64,000 bases of DNA from Klebsormidium nitens (Eukaryota; Plantae; Klebsormidiophyceae), in assembly GCA_000708835.1 (NCBI GenBank), contig DF237052.1:1-64000 (forward strand). The letters run 5' to 3'. Each line of letters begins with the position of its first letter. Position 1 is the first letter of the stretch. This document shows positions 1 to 11,919 of this stretch, piece by piece. The notes beneath the pieces were generated by a model that was not told the DNA's origin, did no database searches, and was given only the letters and a program-made list of their open reading frames with translations. The position numbers were made by a program, and so were the translations under genes.

Positions 1-987
1 CCCTATCGTTGCTCTCCACCCTAGTTGCTGATTTCCGCCATGGTGGGGGTTGGCAGGTAGGTGTGGCTTCCTAGAGAGTACAAGTTTTGCAGCCACCGTA
101 TGATGTCGTCATCGAAAGGGGACTTCCACGATTTTTCCTTGAGTCTTGTCCATACAGTTACTGCCACAGTCTGCAAGTCTGGACTCCGACTTGCAATGCA
201 GGAGAGAAGCTCTTGCCGCATCAGGAGCCTCGTGCACAATCATTTGCCTGGCTACCGTTGTTTACCATAGTAAAAAGGTTTCCAACAAGAGGAAAGCACC
301 CGTGGTGACCTGTGGTGGAAAGGTGAGTCTCCGATGACGAGCGCTCTTTGTGTGTGATTTGTGTAGCTGCTTTTTCGGGTGTCGGTGCATTAAGCTGGTC
401 GGCTCGTCGGACCCCTCTGCAAGGGTAACAGCCTACTGGACTCTGTCGGAGTTGTGTTTGTATGTTAAGCTAGACAGTAATCCTTTTTCAGCGAACGTGG
501 CCGGTACGTGTTGGTTTACAACTGCCACCTTGGTAGTCCTTAAAATTTGTCACATTGACAGTTGATGTTGTAATGCGTTTGAAGGCAATAGCCTACCGCA
601 CGCTTAGAAGAGGTGTAGTGGGCATAAGTAAGAATCAGAAAATTGTGCCAGAGGGGAAGAGGTATCAATTGTGTGAGAGCCATTGTCTTCGAGCAGAAAG
701 TTGCATGATGCTCGTTGCATGGTCACTGCTGGAGCCGCTTAGATTATCGGTCGTATGATGTGCAGTCTATCTGCCAGGAAGATTGGGTGAGGCGTCACAA
801 TATGACACTAGTTGCAGCAAAGTGGCAAAGTTACAGAACGCCTTCAATGCAGACTCATTGTCAGATTGAAGAGAGCTTCTATGCAATTCCGGTCTGGAAC
901 GCAAAAGCCTATCAACCCCATTGATTTGACTGGCAGGGTTTCGCTTTGCAGATTCCCCCCCCGATTTTGGAGCCACCTCAAAGGACC

Positions 988-2763
988 ATGGCCATGCAGG
1001 TCACACCAGCCCTGCTTGTGAGGATGCTGCTCCTGGTGACCCTGTACGGGTGCGGGCTCCTAAGCGCTGTCCACTCACTTACTATGGAGGAGATTGGCAG
1101 TCTAGTTCAGGGCCCCCTCTGGAATCAGAGTAACATCACTCTCTCCTATAAGCAACTGTCAGGTCCAATTCCCCCTGAGCTCGGCAGCCTGACCAACCTC
1201 ACCACGCTCGACCTTTCCAGAAATACATTATCAGGTCCCATTCCCAACGAGCTCAGCAGCTTGACCAACCTCACCACGCTCGACCTCTACTACAACAGCT
1301 TGTTGTCCGGCCCCATCCCCGCGTGGCTCGGCAACTTGACCAAGCTCAGCTACCTTGATCTTTCTCAAAACTATCTCTCGGGCCCCATCCCCCCCGAGCT
1401 CAGCAGGCTTTCCAACCTCAACATGCTCGACCTCTCCAGCAATAGTTTGTTGTCGGGCCCCATCCCCCCGGAGCTCAGCAACTTGATCCAGCTTACCTCC
1501 CTTGATCTTTCTTACGCTAATCTCTCGGGCCCCATTTCCCCTGAGCTTGGCAGCCTGCCCAACCTCACCACGCTTTACCTCTACGCAAACAAATTGTCCG
1601 GCTCAATCCCCCCCGGACTCAGCAACTTGACCAAGCTCACCTATCTCAGTCTTTCTACAAACGACCTCTCCGGCCCCATCCCCCCTGAGCTCGGCAGCCT
1701 GCCCAACCTCACCTACCTTGATCTCGGATCAAACAGCCTCTCTGGTTCAATACCCCCCCAGCTCGGCAGTCTGAGCAAGCTTACTTGGCTCAATCTTCGT
1801 TATAACACCCTCTCCGGCCCCATCCCCGCTGAACTGGGCAGCTTGACCAGCCTCACCGACTTATACCTCTCCAACAACAACCTCTCCAGCCGAATGCCCC
1901 CTGAACTTGGCAGCCTGACCAGCCTCACCACATTATACCTCTACGCGAACGCCCTCTCCGGCCCAATTCCTCCTGAGCTCGGCAATCTGACCAACCTCTA
2001 TTACTTAGACCTCTCCAACAACAGCCTCTCCGGCCCAATTCCTCCGGAGCTTGGTAGCCGAACCAAGCTCGTGTACTTCTTCCTCAACAACAACGCCCTC
2101 TCCGGCCCAATTCCTCATGAGCTCGGCAGACTGACCAACCTCACCTACTTACGCCTCTCCAACAACAGCCTCTCTGGCCCAATTCCTCCAGAGCTTGGCA
2201 GCCTGACCAAGCTCAAGAACTTACACCTTTGAAACAACGCCCTCTCCGGCCCAATTCTGCCTGAGCTCGGCAACATGACCAGCCTCTCCGGGTTATACCT
2301 CGACGACAACGCCCTCTCCGGCCCAATTCCTCTTGAGCTCGGCAACCTGACCCAGCTCTACTACTTACACCTTTACAACAACGCCCTCTCCGGCCCGATT
2401 CCGCCTGAGCTCGGCAACATGACCAGCCTCTCCGAGTTATACCTTGACAACAACGCCCTCTCCGGCCCAATTCCTCCTGAGCCCGGCAACCTGACCTACC
2501 TCAACTACTTAGGCCTCTACAACAACAGCCTCTCTGGCACAATCCCTCCAAGTCTCCTCAGAAGCAGATTCGGGAACAGATTCCCCAACACAAGTTTCTA
2601 CCCTGGAAACTTCGGACTCTGTTGCACAACCTGCAACGCCGAATTCAACACACAGGTTGCATCAACCTGCTCATCATCGTCTCCTTCAGTCGGACGGGCC
2701 ATTGTCGATAGAGTTATCACGGGAGCTGCTCTCGTCCTGGCCTTTGCAATTCTAGGGTACTGA
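988..2763 (+). CDS. Secreted LRR-only (receptor-like) protein, ~20 plant-specific LRRs, hydrophobic C-terminus (GPI signal or single TM); interrupted by in-frame TGA at 2230-2232
   Basis: ATG 988 is followed by a signal-peptide-like MAMQVTPALLVRMLLLVTLYGCGLLSA. There are 20 LSG(P/S/T)IP-type motifs at 24-25 aa period, a C-cap-like FYPGNFGLCC, then SSSSP and ITGAALVLAFAILGY*. ORFs 946-2232 and 2275-2763 are in the same frame. No introns. Confidence 0.9.
1150..2550 (+). repeat. 72-bp (occasionally 75-bp) coding tandem repeat of the LRR gene, with a 144-bp higher-order unit near the 3' end
   Basis: Recurring ctctccggccc(a/c)at(t/c)cc...gagctcggcaac. The segments starting at 2221 and 2365 align at exactly 144 bp offset. 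Confidence 0.95.
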
Positions 2764-4489
2764 ATCTACCGTAGAAAGAGTTGGATGTCAAACTGGTACT
2801 CCCCCCGATACCCACAGTAATCTCAGCGTTGAAGCTACTTTGTAGGTAGTCGGACCCATGGAAACCTAGTTCGGAGACAACCATCTAGGGACGGTTTGGT
2901 TAGAGTGCCAGTTCGTGTTGTGTATCATATTGGACTTTATCAAGCCTTCTTTATTTCGTGGGGTAATTTCTGTTGTTTCTTTGTTTGCATAGGGCACATC
3001 CGTCGTCTCGCCGGGTATTCTTCTGATCGCTCTTGTCTCTTGGTAATGGACAACGATTTATATACGAAAAAGTTTCTCCTAGTACTTTATTTGGTTACCG
3101 TGACAAGTAGAAAGCCAAAGATTCAATGTAGCTATGTACTCAATGTAAGCTCGCAGGCTAAACATGTGGATTTGTCTGAGAAGTTGCTAATTGTTGGAGG
3201 ATTGTTGGGCAATTTTTCTCGAGAATGGCCACCCGTATGATAGACATCGGGATCCCATATCCCATGCACACTGCTCACTGGCAACTTCCTATTTGAAGCC
3301 AGAAGTTCTAAAAGTAAAGCGCGGCCGCGCTGTGGCTGCATGCATAGTAACACGACGAGCTATAGTCACCTTAATCCATCGATTGATGATCTGCACATAC
3401 ATGCACGGTCAGGTAGCATACTAACTTAGCAATTAGACGGTGTGACTAGGGTAGATTGTCATGACAGAATTGAATGACGGAGCCGCATGCATCCGGAGGC
3501 ACGTGGCTGACGGCCCGGCTGGCCACGACTCGAGATCTGGCAACCAAAGGCTGAGGTCGAATGAAAGCTAGCGAGATTGATGTCAAACAAGATGGCTATA
3601 TGGTTTTTAGCCGGCGCCGGCTGTGTGACGTACGCAGTGCGTGGCCGCGGCCAATCCAACTTTTAGCACAACCGGAATTGGATTGTGGCTCGTCGATCGC
3701 AAGTCCAAGGCATTCTGCAACATTTGCAAAACGGTCGCAAAGTGATCCCAAAAGTGCGAATCGTGTAATACACGATAATCATTAGCATCCTAGGATTTTC
3801 CAAACAACGTGCTGATTGAATGATCGAAGCTGATCAAATGTGCTTGTAAACGGGATTGCTCAATCATTGAATGCAGCTATAATAAGTCGTCCAAAGCTTC
3901 GAGAATCTACTGTGACTACTTCATACCAACTCGCAGCCCTTGCACCGCTGCGATGCTGCTGCCCTGACTACTAAGCTGACTCTTCTGGCTACTCCACTTG
4001 GTATATACGGTACAACCGCCTAATAATCTTTTGGCGGTAGATAGATGCTCTTCCATGCGTCTCTTGAAAATAACACTAGGAAAACCGCGAGTACAAAGCT
4101 TTGCCACCTGGTGCGCCTGCAGGAAAGCCCCCGATGCGTAACCTTACCAGCTACACAAAATCGTTTCTCACCACCTAAGCAGGACCTTTGCTTGGCAGCC
4201 TCCGTTGAACCAAAAATCATTAGGTGGTTAAGCAACTGACTAGCTATTGCTTCATGAGCACGCCGGATCTGTCATCCTATTAACGAAACTCTCAACTCAA
4301 TCTGGCCTGCAGCTGGCAACCAGTCTACACCGAGCATCACCTCAGCGCTCAGTACTCATAAATGCAACTCGCCGCACCATTCGGCGTGACTGTAGCGACG
4401 AACTTTCGCCCCTCGCACAGAACCTCCGCTACAGACTCGCCGTCTATTACCAGTACCAACGTCCGTTTAACGTTTTACCCAACACGTGT

Positions 4490-7400
4490 TCAAACTGAAT
4501 CGCTAGCGTCTCGGGGCGCCTCTTTCTCGTCCCCGCCCCCTGCCTGCATCTTCTCCTGCAGCTTCAAAAACAGATTGCCCCCCCTGGCCGACTCCCGCCC
4601 TACTCTCACCCCCCGGGTCCCCCCATCCCCCGTTTCAACGTCCAACGATTTCACCTCCGTCCGGGGGGGTCCCACCGGCCGGCCGTGGTACACAAACGTT
4701 GGCCCCTGTGTTGCAAGCAGGGGGGTGTTGGTATTCGACGACGTACGCACGAGCCCTCCCCCATTCCCGAGTGGCGACGGAGCCCCCCGCGAGCCCCTTT
4801 GCGACAACCCCTCAATGTCGATAGTCAAATGACCCGGTCCTCCTCCACGATAAACACTCCCCCCGTGCACGGAACTCCCCCGCCGCGCGCCTCCCCGGTA
4901 CGAGCCCTCCCCCCGATACGAGTTTCCCCCATGGTACGACCCCCCCCGGCGGGGCGAACTTTCGGAGAGGCTCCAGAACTTGGACCCGGCCCTGAGGGAT
5001 CCCCCGCGGCGCGAATGAGGGGAAATATGGTCGAGCTCGTCGAAGGGCTTTGAGGCACTGCCCAGAATGGAAGTGATCGACACGCCGCCGTGATGCACGT
5101 GGCCGGGGCCGGAGACCGTCGTTTCGACGTCCTGTCGAGTTAAGATGGGAAGGTTTAGGTTTGGGTAGACCAAGAAGGTTACTGCCAGTTCCAGGACATA
5201 GTCCGCGAGCTTTGTACATGACAGAGCCGTAATTGAGCTGATCAAGGAAATGTTGGACGCGTGAAAACTAAAGCTCTGCGGCTGAGGTTCAATAGAGGTT
5301 TCCAGCCTAAGTACGACGAAAACGTTTTGCGACAACTAGACACCCGGAACTCGAAGGCCTTCTGAGCAATCCCCACGTCGCTAAGGAGAATCATCAGGGC
5401 AGAGATATTCAAGTCCTTGCAGATGGCCAAAAGTTCGGCCTTTGGCTACCTTTGAAAGAAGGAAACAAGAAAAACGGGACGATCCTGAAACCGCAGCCCG
5501 CTATCCGCAGGGAACGCCGAAACGACAAAACTCCGGCAAGCGAAACATGAAGCGTACCTGTTGAGATTCCATGAGCGGCGGCAATTCCCTCTCGTCCTCG
5601 TCTTTCTCGTCTTCGTCGATCTCGCCCTCCCGCCCCTCAGGCAGCGCACCGCTCGTCGTGAAGCCGTTGATCACGGGGGGATCCCTCGGGTTGCTGTTCG
5701 CGCTCGACAGCGCGTGGTCGACGAGGACGCTGGCCGGCACGTTGAACCAGAACGTGCTGCCGTGGCCGACTTCGCTCGTCACGCCGATTGTGCCCCCCTG
5801 GAAAAACACAGTTTCATGTTTTGTGTAAACTTTGTACAACTCGCGACATTGGATATGCATTCCTTCTTAAGCCAAGAGCACCTGGGAGGACACTGGATGC
5901 GTTACCTGGTGCCCCGTCTATTGGTCGAAAGGGTGAAACCAGAACGTGCTGTTGCGGCCGACCCCGCTCGTCACGCCAATGGTTACCCCCTGAACTACTG
6001 TGCGTCTGGTAAAGCTTGAAATCGAGGGCACCCGGAAAAACTTCAAGGTGAACATTTGACTGCCCCTTGAAAACTAAGCACGTATGTGGTCTGACGGCCC
6101 TTGATCGTGGTCGCCGGACTGGCCCAAAACGTCCTGCCGTTGGCCGACCTCGCAACAATGGCGCCTTCGCAAGAAAGCAACATGTTTCATCTTGATCCTC
6201 GGTCCACAATTCCTCCGAGAATCTCTCAAAGTTTGCCCTGTCGTGGGGACACTCTTGCCCAGACTTTCCACCCTCCCCAAAGAAAAAGTCGTGGGGGGCT
6301 TTACTAAAGACCAGTGTCGCTTACCTCGGACCCCCCCAGAGCAACAAGGGAACTTAGAAGTCTCCCAAAGAAAGGATGAAATCTAGAGCGCGTCTTACCA
6401 TCAGATCTGCCAGCAGCTGGCAGATGTAGGGCCCCAGCCCCGTCCGCCCTTGGCTTCAGCCTCATCGTCGTGGGTCTCGAACAGATTCCACTCCACTTTT
6501 GCACATACTCCCTGACCCCCGAAGGAAAGAAACGGAAACACAACTTCGCGCCTCACCATCAGATCCGCAAGCAGTTCGCAGATGTAAAGCCCCAGCCCCG
6601 TCCCTTCGGAAACTTGGCCTTGTCGTGTGGTGTCTCAAAAACACCAATTCCTTGTTTGTCTTATCCCCCCGCTTATCCCTATCCCTCCCCTAATAAAGAG
6701 GTGGAAATAAACCACTGTGCCTCACCATTAAGTCTGCAAGAAGCTTGCAGATATAAAGCCCCAGCCCCGTGCCCCCCTGGAAATTGGCCTTGTCGTGCGG
6801 CGTCTCGATGAAGGGCATGAACACCTTGGCGCTCGCTTCTGACGTCATCCCGATCCCGTGGTCGATGACCTCGAAGCGCAGGCCCCGGTCGTCCCACGGG
6901 AGAACGCGCACGACCACCGTGCCCTCGCGCGTGAACTTCATCGCGTTCGAGATCAGGTTTACCAGCAGCTGCAGAAAGGGTACCGGATTTGAATTCCGCG
7001 GTAAAATACTGTGACGGTGGAAGAAAGGTCACCCACAACTGCGGAAACTTAACTGGAAACGAAAGAAGGTGGTCTTGCTTCGAAGGCATTGAATATCAAA
7101 TGTCCCAGTAACTGTGGGCAGCAACTGTGGGGGAAAAGAGAGGAGCAATCTGCCTTCGAAGCTTCTTGGGGACCTCTGATCGCGTTCGAAGTTGGAAATG
7201 TTGCCGGGTGGGAGGAAATGCTCTTGCATGTCAACTTCGTCGTGTGGAGCTCATCGCATTGGAAAGGTTTCCAAAAAACAGTGCGAAACCGATACTGGGT
7301 TCGATGCATTTGCGGGTGGACTTGATGGCATGGCGACTACATCGAGTTCACCAGCGACTGCCAGGGATGCAGTGAATCAGTGACAACATATTCTTGGTGA

Positions 7401-10400
7401 ACCAAGCGAAAACTTTTATGCAAATCCGTTCTAACTCATGGAAAAGTACAACGAGAAGCCCACGAAGACGACAAACAGCAGCGTTGAAACAACTTTCCGG
7501 TGTGTCAAGTACGGTGTGACCTGAGAGTAGAGAGGGTCGGTTGCAACGTGAGACGTTTTGTCCAGGATGATACAGCCACTACATGCATTGCTGCCGCTCA
7601 GATTACCATGTCGATATCAAAACCGTGACAGATCCATTCAGCTGCAACCCAACTTCAAAAGGAGAGCACAGGTGAGGACTATCCACAGACACGCAAGCAA
7701 CGGTCAGCGCCGGGGTTTGCCTAGTCACCAAACACGCCGTCAGACTTCATCTGATGTCGAAGAGCTATTCGAAGCTTGAAAAACTTAAGAAACTGCAATT
7801 TCGACTCGACTCCGCACCTGCTCCAGTCGGTGCCGGTCCAAGTTATACCGCTTCCCCTCCACCGAGGGGTCCATTTCGCTGCGCAGGGTAACCCCCAGTT
7901 TCGGCTGCATCATGCCTGCCACGTGGCGCATGCACTCGGAGATGTCAACAGGCTTGGTGTACAGGGTAAGCATCCCCGCCTCTAGTTTGCGCATGTCAGC
8001 AATGTCGTCGATCACGGTCGCGAGGAGCCGGCAGCTGTTCAGGCTCTGCCGCAGCGTTTCCTGCAATTCCGGAAGATTTACATTGACGATCCTGAAAAGG
8101 TTGAGTTTAGAGCCAGCTTAGCGCACACAGGAGGCAACCCCCGCTTCTAGTTTAAGAATGTCTCCACGTCATCGACCACAACAAATCTGCAATAGCGTTT
8201 CCCGCACCAGAACAGGTTTCACCCTTTCAGACTCTTACATGGTCCAAATGAGCTTCAGAGAAGCGAAGGCCTGCCCGTCTATGGTGCTTATGTCCGTGGT
8301 GTCCTCGATCTTGTCACGAGCGCTTCGATGCACAATATCGAACCGAGAAAATCCTTGAAACGTCTCTGATATAGGGCCGGTCCAAAGAAGACGGGCACCT
8401 TCTTCCTTGAAATGCCAACGCCTGGCGTGCCAAGGGTTGCACAAGCGAGAAGCTTTTTAGGTTCTAGAGAGGAGCGGAAACTCGTTCGGACACGGGTTTT
8501 CCTTGTGCTCAGAACAGCTGTGAAAAGGACCTGATAATCTTCTAACTTGTCAGTTTCGTAAACCAATGCCGGTGCTAGAACGACACCACCACAACACACG
8601 CACTTGCGATTTCGCCTAGAGCAACCAATTGCTGTTCCCACGCTCCCACTCAGCTCAGCTCTATAACCAAACGACCGCAACCGAGACAGTCCCTAAAACC
8701 TCAGGTAGATGAGATTGGTGCCACGGCCACTTCTTACCATCGCTGACTTGCACGCTTCGTGCAAAGCCCCCCCCTCCGGCTTCCCGTGGATAATTGCCAT
8801 CTGCTTCAACTGGCCGAACAAGTACTTGAGGTTGCGCATCACGCTCCCCAGGGGCTCCCGCATCTCGTGGCTCACGTAGCCCACCATCAGAATTGACACG
8901 CCCCGCGCACCGGCCTCCGCTCTAGAGGGAGAAAAAAAGAAAAGTGTCAAGAGTCTGCACTGATCCATTGAGCGACAGAAGCTCCATTATCTCGTGGCTC
9001 ACGTAAGCCACCATCAGAATTGACACGCCCCGCGTGCCAGCCTCTGCCCTGGAGAGAGAGAGAAAGTCGCGTTGATGATCGTAAATTCTAGTCTGAGGTG
9101 CGGAATAACGGTCCCGCAGGACTCTCGAATATTCTATGCTGCATAACCCAGCGTCCCGCATATCGACCTGCATCTGAGGAGAGACAACGTACGATTAGTC
9201 ATGGACGGTTGCCCGTAAACTGGAGTTGGAGTTTCGCAGCACGCTCGCAAGAAATATTGTCTCTCGTGGCTGACGTACCACACCGTGGTAAGTGACACAC
9301 CGCTGGCATAAACCCCTGCGGGGGGATAAGGAATGTCACCAGCTACTTGGAAGCACTACCGCGTAACCCGTGTCACTACAGTCAAAGGTCAGATTGCGTT
9401 TGAGGTCGAGAGCTCCCAAGCGCTGCCGCTTCTTGTGGCTGACACGACCCACCAAAAGCACAGTGGCTTCCGCATTAAGATATTGGAAAGGGGAAAGGGG
9501 AAAGACGACGGATTTAAACGCTTCAGATTTCAAAAACGAGCTTGCGAGCCAGCCAGGAGTACCTCCATCTTTTGGCTGATATGACTCACCACTAGTTTTC
9601 ATGAGAGGGTTTGAAGAAAAAGGAGTCTGAAGAAAACCCTGACATGTACAACAAGGATGATTGATTCACGCTAAGCTCGTATGGAGCAGATTGAAGGGCT
9701 CCATAAGCATGCCGGCACCTCTGCGCACTCCAAACCCCAAAACAATTCCACAACAAAACATCTGCACCAAAGCCTTGTCCGAATGGATAGCAAAAACTTC
9801 GCGTCATTACTCTCAGAAGCTGAAACCAATGCTGATAGAATTAGCTTTCTAAGCTCGCAGTTCGGAGCACGTCAAAAGGCTTCGACACCAGCAGGTGGAC
9901 GCACATCACCTCTGATTTGGTTTTGTAAATATGTGGCCGTAGACTCGTTTGGAGACTCACTCTAAGCTCGCATGGAGCAGGTCGAAGCGCTCCGACACCA
10001 GCAGGTGCATGCGCATCAGCACGGGGCGAACCAGGAACACGCCCTCGAGGATCAACGTCAAAATGATGAGGGCGGCAAAGATCCACGTGATGATTAACAA
10101 CGTCCGCACGTGCTCCTCCCCCAGGTCCTGAAACCGCCCCACGATCTCGTTCATCAGCCGCAGAAACGTCTCCTCGTTCGCCGTCAAAACGTCTACGTTC
10201 GCACTGATCCCCAGCGCATTGCTTGGAGTCTCTGGCGGGACGACGCCGAGTGCGTCGAACGACGTCCCGGAAACGTCTTGGAGGATCTTCGTGCCGGCTG
10301 CGTACATCATCTGAAAATTGGGTTCTACTTGTGCGAATAACCGCCGGACGGTCTTGTCTTTCGAACCGGAGAGTTGGAGAGAACCGTCGCCGAATTGGAG

Positions 10401-11919
10401 ACCGTACTGAGCGGTATACCACTGTTGTAAGGAATACTGTAGCTGGGACTGAAAGTGCGCTGAGCTGGCGGGATCTCCGGAGCCATTGGCGCGTTCCATG
10501 GCGAGGGAGGCTTTCACAATTGCTTGGGAGAAGTAACGCTGCTTGCCTGCAAAATGGTGATTTGAGCTGGTTAGACACTGGTGCCTGCGAGGTTATTGAA
10601 GGCTTCGGTTAAGCACTCGGGTTTGTAAAACTGCGTGCCTACAGGGGCACACTTGACAATCTCTGGTTCCATGGCAAGTGAGCCTTGACAATCACTTGGA
10701 AGAAGTAGGGAGATGCGAATGTACATAGAGGAGAAGAAAGAAACGGAAGGCACATACAGTAGCTACACGACAGAAGACGACGAGATGGACACTTTGGGGG
10801 CACACATTCAGCATTTTCCAAACAGGCACTGTGGATAGAAAAGATAAGACCAATGCTTCCATGGCACGACCGAGAATCAGGCCCCACGAGTTGCGGTCTA
10901 ATATCGCACTGCGGTGATTCGGTGATTCAAAAGACTTCTCGGGCGCTAGGACTGATCGATGCTTTTCATCAGACTCAAATACTTGAGTCCCTTTCTAACA
11001 GCCATGCTGAAGAAAAAGGATAAGGAATGTTGCTCTGAAGTGGAGTAGGGTATTAGATAACTCAAAGCTGCTTCAATGCCGCAAGCATGAGTGTTCATCA
11101 ACGTCTGGAGATCCTACAATTCCTGTTCCTGACTTGGAGATGTTCCTTACAGCTTTCCCATGAGGTTCCAGATATAGTCCTCATCCATTTGAGTGAGTAC
11201 GTTAATACCACTGTTAGTCCACTGACCCTAAAGATGAGAAGCAAAGCCGCTTCAAAGCAATGCAGTGTTATCTGCAGTCACATCAGCAATGGCCAATGTG
11301 TTTACAGCATATACAAGGCAAATATATACGGGATATATCTTTGATCCTTTGCATGCTCAATGCGGCAGCAAAGTGCCCCTTTGCCAAATTCTGAGAGAAT
11401 GATATCGTGATTGAGATAAGCATACAACCACAATTCAAGCCGCCATGAGTTGACCAACCAAAAAGAAACCTCACCAAGGTGACAAGTTTCACGTCAAAAA
11501 GATGAGGGACCTGAAAGAGAAGAATGACCTTAAAAGACACCGAGGGTGTTAATAAGGCATTTGAAACTCATGGAAAAACCAGAAGTTTGCGGTTTGTTAT
11601 ACTTGCCTGCCGTGTTGACGTAGCGTCCATCCGTGTGCGTCCGGCTCTCATACACTTGGACAATGATCTGTCCCGTCAGGCAGAGCACCGCGATCAGCGC
11701 CGCCGACACAATGTAACTCAGTGCGATCTTCTTCACAAATTGCGGCCGCTCCACCTTGTCTTGCATCACGTACTTGGTGTGCATCTGGGCGTCCTTGTCA
11801 AACACGTGCCGCCGGACCCCCGTCCTCAACCGCTTGCTGATGCTGAATCCAGATCCCCCCGAGCCCTCGGGCTCAGCAAAGGACTCCACGCTCAGCGAGC
11901 GCTTCATAGCGCTCAGCAT
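4490..11919 (-). CDS. Transmembrane sensor histidine kinase (TM - NarX/PilJ-like helical sensor - TM - HisKA - HATPase_c - disordered tail), spliced
   Basis: Manual exon model (minus): ~11919-11607, 10546-9961, 8921-8738, ~8060-7818, 6968-6726, 5797-5558, 5131-4490. Motifs: NTAGKQRYFSQAIVK (P-box-like), GYVSHEMREPL (H box), QLLVNLISNAMKFT (N box), DHGIG (G1), GGTGLGLYIC (G2), SEVGHGSTFWF. The start codon and the acceptor at ~8060 are uncertain. Confidence 0.9.
6394..6645 (-). repeat. Two intronic degenerate copies of the 3' end of the kinase G2-box exon, each ending in a GT donor
   Basis: 6552-6645 (...gcggatctgatg|gtgagg) and 6394-6485 (...gcagatctgatg|gtaaga) versus the real exon end at 6726 (...gcagacttaatg|gtgagg). 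Confidence 0.85.
8986..9065 (-). repeat. Near-identical intronic copy of the 5' end of the H-box exon with its acceptor
   Basis: atctcgtggctcacgta(a/g)(g/c)ccaccatcagaattgacacgccccgcg is shared with 8862-8907; translates AEAGTRGVSILMVAYVSHE versus the real AEAGARGVSILMVGYVSHE. Confidence 0.9.

Noticed and set aside
1-945. Mobile element upstream of the LRR gene, and in 2764-3900, 13060-13800, 33170-33290
   Set aside because: These stretches looked repeat-like, but I found no terminal repeats, target-site duplications or transposase/RT motifs.
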